Shown here one piece after another: positions 56,249-64,000 of a DNA stretch of 64,000 bases; positions within the stretch are counted from its first letter, which is position 1; every line of letters starts with the position of its first letter. Source of the stretch: Corallochytrium limacisporum Hawaii (lineage: Eukaryota > Protista > Pluriformea). The notes beneath the pieces are model-generated. The model was given only the letters and a program-made list of their open reading frames with translations. It was not told the DNA's origin and did not search any database. The stretch spans positions 96,937-160,936 of the forward strand of contig PDIP01000083.1 in assembly GCA_002811645.1 (NCBI GenBank), in the 5' to 3' direction. Made by a program: the position numbers and the translations under genes.

Positions 56249-56452
56249 NNNNNNNNNNNNNNNNNNNNNNNNNNNNNNNNNNNNNNNNNNNNNNNNNNNN
56301 NNNNNNNNNNNNNNNNNNNNNNNNNNNNNNNNNNNNNNNNNNNNNNNNNNNNNNNNNNNNNNNNNNNNNNNNNNNNNNNNNNNNNNNNNNNNNNNNNNNN
56401 NNNNNNNNNNNNNNNNNNNNNNNNNNNNNNNNNNNNNNNNNNNNNNNNNNNN
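56249..56452. other. Assembly gap within a G-run-rich tract upstream of the GT4 gene
   Basis: N run flanked on both sides by GGG clusters. Confidence 0.95.
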
Positions 56453-59400
56453 GGGAAGGGGGGAAGGGAGCGGAAGGAAAACAAGGGTGTTGTTTCAAGC
56501 GGGGTTTCGAGATCGGTGGGTTGCTGCATGCCCCGGTTAAGGACAGGTTGTCAATATAAATACTACCGCCAGAAAATCCTAAAAGGGGACGGGGGGGAGG
56601 GGTGAGAAAAGCGATCAAGGGAAGGTTTGGTCACGGAGCATGGACTCGAAGCGCAAGAGATCGGAATTTTGGAACTTACTTTTTTGGTTGCAATAAAAAG
56701 TGGTGGCAGTAGGGAGACGATTGGGATGGGGACCCACAGACTGGAACACAGCCACCACCTGCCAGCTTTGGTCAGTCTTACAGAGAATGTGTCGTATGAC
56801 AAAGGAAGCTTTCCTAAAACAACACAATCATACTAATCTATATATTTATCATTTCAATATTAATACACAAATATAATCAGTCCAAAAGTCTAGAAGAATT
56901 GTAATATTCGAGATTATTCATACAATGCGTGGAACACCATGATCACCAAGAGACTCGTACTCAAGGGTCTGTGTCAAAGAGATGGACCGAGGATTGTACG
57001 GAATGATATGTAAACACTCAAGTACCAACCAGCAACCACGGGGTCGGCAAGGGGCAGAAGACAGGGAAGAAGCAACGGGCACACACACACACACACAAAT
57101 TGTTCACCACCAATCACTCATACCCGGGCCGGCGACTTGGCAGCGAGGGTCTCGTCCCTTTAATTTTTTTTTCACGGGGAATCACTGCCTGTTGCGGTGT
57201 GGTGCTGTGTGCCCCGTATCTCATGGCTTGCTGTTCATACGCAAGATTGTCACGTCCCGCGCACTCTACAAAAGTAAAAGACATGAGACGGCAGCACGTT
57301 GCGACCGACCGCAAGAAACCCCACCGCTACAAGGATTTCAACCAACGGTTTTTCGGCGGACATGCCGCGAGGGGTACCCCGATTGCCGGTTTATTCAATA
57401 CGAAATGATCGATAGTGGTTGTGGGTGTCCCAGTCGAAGAGCCGAAAGAACCGAAGGTTGGAGCAAAAACAAAGCAAGATCGATGTAAACGAAACACGGA
57501 AGCGGGGAAAAAAGAAAAAAACTATCGCCTAAAGGTTTGTTTTTCGCGAACACGACAAGAGCGCACCGAAAAGGCGGGGAAATGGAAGAATGAGGGCGGG
57601 GGTTCTCACATTCGCATTCCACGAAATTCATCTCTGCCAATTTCTTTCTGTGTCAGCTACATTGCGATCATGCGAGATTTCCTCTTTTGAGTTTTAGGGT
57701 GTGAAACACAGACAAAATAAGCTGTGCAACGGATGCAACTTAGTTGGTTGGGCCATGCTTTGCCAGGGGAGAAATCGCAGCACAGCCAAAACTACGGCAT
57801 GGCAGGGTACGTAGTAGTAAATATAGGACGTAATTTCGCCCAACGTCAGACAGAGTATACTCGCAGGATAGGATCTGTGTGCAGTGCTGGTGCGAAGGAG
57901 AATCACAGTCTATCTTGGTCGGGCTCGCTGCTACTTTGTACAGGGAGCGACCGTCGTAGCGGTGAGGTACATGATCTGAGGTGGCGCGGTCACTGCCGGT
58001 CACACAATCATTTCAGCAAATTTTTCACCGTCTGCCTGGGCTCAGCTTCAATCCTTCTTTCGTCGTCTTTCCAATCCTTCGCTTGGTTGCGCTCGCAATT
58101 CGTTCCACCCATGCGGAAGAAGAGATTCGAACACGGGGCAGTCATCGACACAGAATGGAACAAGCTTAGAGTGAGCACACTCGGACACACCTCCCCTTTC
58201 CTCTACAATACGTGGGTACGGGTGTGCTACAGCCCCAACGCTGGTTCCCTCTCAAACAGGCGCGAGGTAGGGAAGAATCAAGAGAGACGAGGGTGTACGA
58301 TCCCTGACACTGAATTGAGGAATACATAGATGCGACCATCCTAAGGGGATCGCTCGCATATGGTGCATGATGCTGATGATGGTGGCAGTTGTAGCAGTTT
58401 GTTCTCCTTCTCTTGTTCATGGGAATGTTTCTGTCCATGGCGAACTAGCAATGTCCAAATCTGTACAAGGAAATATCATTATCAGCAGGGAAGGCAGGCA
58501 TAATGTAGCAACAGCTTGTACAATGTTGCAAAGGAGGAAACAGTCAGTGAGAGACCCGCGATATCGCCTCAGCTCCCATTAATTTGTACACGTCGGTGTA
58601 GTTGTCGCCACTGACAGAGTCACGAGCTTTCGGGTTCTCCTGGAGCGCTGCGTGACACTGGTAATTCAAGCATTAAGGGTGTTGTCTGAGTTTCCATTCA
58701 GATTGCAAACACGGGTATGCTACAGGTATGGGCCCACAGAGGACTCCATCCCCAAGTTCAAAAAGAATTCCATGGATGAGGATTGGGCGGTGGAGTAGAA
58801 AACAACCATCGACGTCCCTTTGCTTTTCTCCTTTACTTCTGTTTGGGGGGAGGGGGTGGTGAAGAGGTGGCAGGGTCTTCTTTGGCGACCTGCGGAACAT
58901 TCACGTCGGGCTTTTTGCTCCGGTAGACTCCTTCGATCCTAGATGAAGTTGAAACGACCCAGTAGTAGAAAATTGAATCTTGGGTGCCCGGTGATACCCG
59001 GGAAAAAGGGGGTGGGGGAGATACCGCTCACAAATTGGACCGCTCCCTGACTGGAACCGATTTGGGTCATTCAGGGCGAACAGTTCGGTGGTAGTGGCAG
59101 CAGTACTGAAAGTATCGCCCACATGCTTTGGCAGAGCCTCGATTCCAAAAAGGTCCCCACCGACGAGCCCGTTCGGCCAGTTGTTGGGGTAAAATGGGGG
59201 GAGCCCAGGGGTCCGTTTCCCCCCTACGGTGCTCGGTGTCGTTGAGTCTTTCGAGAAAAATAGGACCCGAAATCACATAACAAAAAAATTCGGTACATTC
59301 ACTATGAATTATGTCATTTTCTATTGTTTCAGTATGAATATGAAATCGTGAAATTGGACCCCGCACTCTTCCGTGCCCATTCGAGGCAGAGGAAAACCAA

Positions 59401-59469
59401 AACTGACTCGTCAACAGTCATGAGGTTCTCCGTTTGCACGATTGTTGTGGGCAACGACGATTGCTTTCT

Positions 59470-60234
59470 TCAGTCAGAGTGTACAAAGGCAGCGGCCTGC
59501 TCGCGGGTCTCAAGCCGGGCCAGGGGTGCCTTGTTCTTGGAGAGCTTGTTCTTGATCATCTTCACAGCAACGGCTCCGATGGTGTCGTTCTGGAAGTGCG
59601 TACCAGACTCATCGTAGTCAGAGGGCCGGACGACCCAGTTGCAGATGCGGATTTCACCTACTCCGACGTTGTGCTTGCCAGTAGCGCGATCCGCGTCTGC
59701 CTCAACGCGAGCGGCCCGAAGGATTGCGCCCACAGAGGCACTTGCGACATGGAACAGGCTCAGTTTGGGATCCGGGCAAGATTCACTCAGGGCTCCTGTG
59801 ATGAAAAGGTACATGGATTCATTACCCGACGGAGGTTTCGACAGCAATGACATGAGGTAGCGCCAGCCGTAGAAATGAGGGAACGCGCGAGAACGGAACA
59901 CAGTGTCGAGCTCAGCACCGGTGGATTCACTCAGAGTTTGCCCTGACCAGAAGGCACCAAGGGAGCAGGTGACGTGGTGGAAGGTGCCAAGGTCCCCATC
60001 CAGACCCGACAGAGCGTCCGCCAGCTTTTTGCCGTCCTCTTCAGTTTGTGTGCTGTACCCCGTCATGATCTCAATATCACCGCTAATATGAGAAATATCA
60101 TGCTGCAGACGATCCCGGGCAGTCTCGGAGCGGACGGGAGCAATGACTCTGTAGCCATCTTCCAGCAGAGCCTTGACGATGCCGCTGCCAACAATACCAC
60201 TACCACCTAGGACAAGAACGGTTTCCTTTGTCAT
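59470..60234 (-). CDS. Atypical short-chain dehydrogenase/reductase (NAD(P)-binding Rossmann fold), 254 aa
   Basis: ATG at 60234 (MTKETVLVLGGSGIVGSGIV, GxxGxxG); VIAPVRS (basic residue suggests NADP); HVTCSLGAFW; YLFITGA; no YxxxK at the catalytic helix. Confidence 0.85.
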   Translation of the reverse strand: MTKETVLVLGGSGIVGSGIVKALLEDGYRVIAPVRSETARDRLQHDISHISGDIEIMTGYSTQTEEDGKKLADALSGLDGDLGTFHHVTCSLGAFWSGQTLSESTGAELDTVFRSRAFPHFYGWRYLMSLLSKPPSGNESMYLFITGALSESCPDPKLSLFHVASASVGAILRAARVEADADRATGKHNVGVGEIRICNWVVRPSDYDESGTHFQNDTIGAVAVKMIKNKLSKNKAPLARLETREQAAAFVHSD

Positions 60235-61336
60235 GTTGCTTGAATTTTGTGTTAAACCAATTAAAACTAGGATTACAAGTGAGCACACTCCCTTTCATTC
60301 TGGTCTTGAGGTCCCAAGTAGCTGCAAGCCCACCAAATCACTCACGCCCGACACTGGCTTTTGCCTCCCTTGTCGACCAATGTTCCTGGAGGGGGGCCAC
60401 CTGGCCGACCAAGTAGGGCGTTCGGTATAGTGAATGTATTGCGTATCTTGCCCCTCGCAGTTTGCACAAGTTTTTCCCGAAAGATTTCCGGGAAGTAACA
60501 ACTTCATCGCCTCCCGCTTGCGGGCGCGTCTGACTATGGAGCACGGTCTCCCAAGCTCGAAAGCCCGACCAGGGGTGAGAACTGAGGGGCCCAGTTTTCT
60601 CCCGCACGGCCGTGTCTGGAAGACTGTGACCCGTGTACCCACCCGCTAAGCAGCCCTGATTCCTATGGGATCCAGTTGATCGTCTGATTTATGTCACATT
60701 GTATGTGAAACAGGAGTACTTTATGGGAAAAGGAAATCAAAGCAAAACTGCTTATAGATATATTGCATTTACTGTAAATCATTCACTACAATCAAAGTGA
60801 TCAAATCGACGACCTCCGTTTTGCGGGAGAGTGGGACAAGGGGAGTAGGAACGACCCCAGTCTAAAGCGAGGGGAGAACGCAGGGGAATAGGGGAGGAAA
60901 ATGCAGGAGGGTGGGGATCGGATTTGAAGGGGGTTTCAACGCACCGCAAATGCACTCAGAACGGAGAGCGAACCCGGTTCATTCGGGGTAGAAACCCGGT
61001 GTGCGCAGTGTTCGGAGGGACTAGAATCGCGTGGGTTGGCCTTGCGGAATCCAGGGCGGGTTTCACAGAGGCTAGTCGCCCGGCGCTTCATCCATAGACA
61101 TGCTATTTCAGGGACGTATGATCTCATTGTGGTGCTTGCTTGCAATGCCTCAAATCGTCTCTGTTGCCTGAGCCGCCCTAATTCGAGCTTTCATCCTTGT
61201 ACACAATATACCAAATACGTTTCATCTACCATGACTACAAAAGTAAAGGCTTCGACGACAGATTTCCATTCTGAAAATATTTCTTTACTCACCCAGGATG
61301 ACGATACATCCCACATGAGACCTTTACTCCTACTGT

Positions 61337-63253
61337 CTAATTGAAGTGAACTGTCTGGATCCAGGAGGTGTGATATCTGACCATTCGCTTCGCGACTTTG
61401 CGCCCGTTGCTTACTGCCCGGACACTGGCAGCCCCGCTTCCTGATGCTGCGTACCCAGGAGTTTCGTAACACAGCAGTGCGCGAGTCAGAAGCGTCGAGG
61501 GCAATGCCTTGTCCTCATCATTATGTTCGTAGAAAAGGCAGAATTGTACCACCGCCTCTGAAGTCTTGCTCACCTTCCGCACTGCCATGGTCACAGCTGT
61601 ACCTGTGCGATCAAGTGCTACCGTGGCGCCACCGCTTCCAACTGGCGTTCTCGCCAAAGTTTTATTGCCAAGCGTCGTAGATTCGAATGCTGTTGGTCGC
61701 CTGGCCAGGCGCAGTGAACAGTGCACGTTTGTGACCAGCACATCGTCGGGGAGCGTAGATGAAAGAACCAGAGTGAACTTAAATCCAGTTCTCTGCTTTG
61801 TCGGGACATTTTCATTGTTGCTATCTGCATCTTTGTTCTGCTCTGTAGGCCCCACCTTCGTCTCCTCGACGTAGCGTTCCAGCAAAAGTGCGGGCGACGG
61901 CACAGTGCCCGTGTCGTCTTGGAGGGCACGGAACCGCATAATCGTCTCCGTCTCGTGAGCCCTGACTTCGGCTGTGAGGGTGCCGTCGGTGTAAAATGTA
62001 TCGAGCGCAGTCACACACGGCCCAAAATGCACTGCTCCGGCGCCAGAGAGTAGGAGTTGGGGGGCCGCTGTTGGTAAGGAAGTATGATCTCCGCCAGTAC
62101 TGTCCTTAAAGCGGAGACTCACGGCCACGGGCACGAAGCTCGAGTTGCGAGCACTGACGGTTCCTGTGATGGTCCGGCGCAACGAGCGGTTGTCATCGCC
62201 CGCGGGAACTTTGAGATCGCCACTTTCGTCCTTTTGCATGTCAGCGTTTGGGGCATCAGCTGCACTGTCCTTCTTTCTGCGTTCCGGTCCCGACGATGAC
62301 GGTGAGGATTCACGGATAACATCGTATGCATTTCGCCGTGGTTCGTCCGATGCACCCTCGTCGTCGGGCTTTGAGTCCCATTGTCCCTGCCTTTGCTGCG
62401 ACTGGTGCTTCAAATTCTGTACAATGACGCACCTTTCTTGCCATTCCAAGTACAGTGCTCCGTGCTGTAGCGGTGAGGTGTGCGGTAATGATCCCTGCTG
62501 GGACAGCGGCGCTTGAGCATCTGCTTTGTTCTGCAGCTGCGTTGGTGACGACGAGGGGGACATGGTCTGCGGATGCTGAACACTTTTTGACACGGGTTCT
62601 GGACCAGGATGGCCTTCGATGTCAAGCAGGACTGTGTGCAGTGCGCTTTGCGGTACACCCAAGACGAACGCATGGTCCAGGAGCTCACTAAAGAGCGGAA
62701 CGCAAGTTCGGAGAGCAGCGAGACGGATCTCCTGTAAGCGTGGCTGTGATAGCTGATCGCGCACTCCTGGCCTTGCAGGATGATGTGCAGGCATTGATTG
62801 TCCCTTTCGACGTTCTACAGTGCTCAACAAATTGCCCAGGATTACAGCACACTCCCGGACCACTTCGCTAGCCTGCAGATGACTAGCATTTTCTCTCCTC
62901 CCTTCTGGTGTTGGTGACCAGTTCTCTTTCTCAACCTCCCTAGATTGATCAGTGTCGATTAGTACCAAGAGAGCTGCCACATCCGCAACATTTTGAACTA
63001 TAAACACCAGTTCATTGTCTGTGTCGCTTCTGCTAGTAACAGGCAACGCTCCAAGTCTGCTGAGGTGACGCAGCCGTTCCGCGGAGTCCTTTGGAGCTCC
63101 CGCAAGGGACGGCAGCAACGATCGACTGTTGGCTTTAAGCGGGTCATACTGCCACTCTGGAAACGCATGATCATAGTCCCATCCTCCAAGGTGCCAATGC
63201 TCGATCACTTCTGCCGTCGGCAACGAGACCAGTTGCATGCCCAGGAGGCGCAT
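61337..63253 (-). CDS. Divergent adaptor-complex medium (mu) subunit / mu-homology domain protein, 638 aa
   Basis: LFSELLDHAFVLGVPQ resembles the mu N-domain motif (I/V)YELLDE..DFG.PQ. The C-terminal YETPGYAASG..SVRAV..RMVRYHT resembles the MHD ending FE.P.F..SG..VR.L..WVRY.T. The ORF is secure and the family call is moderate. Confidence 0.6.
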   Translation of the reverse strand: MRLLGMQLVSLPTAEVIEHWHLGGWDYDHAFPEWQYDPLKANSRSLLPSLAGAPKDSAERLRHLSRLGALPVTSRSDTDNELVFIVQNVADVAALLVLIDTDQSREVEKENWSPTPEGRRENASHLQASEVVRECAVILGNLLSTVERRKGQSMPAHHPARPGVRDQLSQPRLQEIRLAALRTCVPLFSELLDHAFVLGVPQSALHTVLLDIEGHPGPEPVSKSVQHPQTMSPSSSPTQLQNKADAQAPLSQQGSLPHTSPLQHGALYLEWQERCVIVQNLKHQSQQRQGQWDSKPDDEGASDEPRRNAYDVIRESSPSSSGPERRKKDSAADAPNADMQKDESGDLKVPAGDDNRSLRRTITGTVSARNSSFVPVAVSLRFKDSTGGDHTSLPTAAPQLLLSGAGAVHFGPCVTALDTFYTDGTLTAEVRAHETETIMRFRALQDDTGTVPSPALLLERYVEETKVGPTEQNKDADSNNENVPTKQRTGFKFTLVLSSTLPDDVLVTNVHCSLRLARRPTAFESTTLGNKTLARTPVGSGGATVALDRTGTAVTMAVRKVSKTSEAVVQFCLFYEHNDEDKALPSTLLTRALLCYETPGYAASGSGAASVRAVSNGRKVAKRMVRYHTSWIQTVHFN

Positions 63254-64000
63254 ATTATTACCGGATAGACAGCCCTATACTGTAAAGAATCACTACATCA
63301 TGGTCATAATCTAATCAAAGTCGATGTCTTATGCATTATTAAGCCAAGGAGGTTTGGTCGATAAGACAAGATCTTCGAGGGTCCCTTGCGTCTAAAGTAG
63401 TAGCAGGTGGAGACTTTGTCGAAGCTTAAGCTTTCTCGGGCGCCAAGGCGCCTTGAACGTGTCTGGACCTTGGAGACTCCCTTTCCCGCTGCACCTCCAA
63501 TCATATTCTATAATTTGATTACGAAATTTGGGTAGATATAAATATATGCAAACAAATCAATTGTAGATTCATTTTGGAAATTTTCAACTATGTGTATAGT
63601 GCATATGTTCTAATCAAATAAATCAACTGCCCGCTCTCGTTCTCCCGTTCGTTCCAGTCGAGCTGCGCACTTCACTGCATTTTTGTGAAGAAAGCCAGGG
63701 TGTATACCCGCACCATTACCTACGAAACGTATCCTCCCTCTCATTGTATAACGAATAGATTGATAAGTTACACCATGTACATACCTCCCATCTACATACA
63801 GCAACTGTGCATAATTTTTGGGGCACTCCGCACGGGCCATACAATTGTTCCATACTCGCATGGCATTGCAGGTCCGGATACCTGAACGAACCTCCCCATC
63901 CCACCACTTTCAGTACCACCCTCTGTCTGGTATGTCAGGGTCAAAACTCCGAAAAACTTGACTCCCGAGGATCTTTTTCAATCTTGATTGTAGGTTAATT

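Noticed and set aside
55600-59400. Short ORFs upstream of the GT4 gene as possible cluster partners
   Set aside because: None shows deacetylase, hydrolase or epimerase motifs, and composition is not gene-like.
59470-60234. SDR as the Uge3/PelX-type UDP-GlcNAc 4-epimerase partner of the GT4 synthase
   Set aside because: Too short for an extended SDR and lacks the YxxxK motif required by nucleotide-sugar epimerases.
1-64000. CRISPR arrays, rRNA, spliceosomal snRNAs, SRP or RNase P RNA
   Set aside because: No repeat-spacer arrays or hallmark motifs were spotted by eye; an Infernal/Rfam scan would be needed to exclude divergent ncRNAs.

Overview
This is a eukaryotic nuclear window from a gene-dense genome that appears intron-free: every supportable CDS, including a 10.2 kb one, is a single ORF. 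It contains three N-gaps. The protein set is animal/holozoan-like (ABCD3/PMP70-type C-termini, TBC1D8/9-type N-terminus, PCM1-like protein, SSNA1, TMEM131-like protein), which suggests a unicellular holozoan. The intron-poor Corallochytrium lineage is a plausible but unverified guess. Genes from left to right: TMEM131-like protein (runs off the left edge and is missing from the ORF track), two tandem ABCD3-type peroxisomal transporters sharing an identical NBD tract, two tRNA-Pro genes, a POT/PTR peptide transporter, a PCM1-like coiled-coil protein, a 4-TM conserved hypothetical protein, NOL10/Enp2, a ~9 kb gene-free low-complexity stretch, SSNA1, a TBC1D8/9-like RabGAP, NAA38, a GPI-anchored stellacyanin-type cupredoxin, an HhH-GPD glycosylase, a ~3410 aa membrane GT4 synthase, an atypical SDR and a divergent mu-adaptin. 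The strongest novelty candidates are (1) the giant Gtb3/PelF-like GT4 synthase with a degenerate PelA/GH114-like domain, which implies a galactosaminogalactan/Pel-like exopolysaccharide system in a probably non-fungal organism, (2) the PCM1 homolog, and (3) the phytocyanin-type copper protein. All family calls come from manual motif recognition against remembered family consensus, not from database searches.
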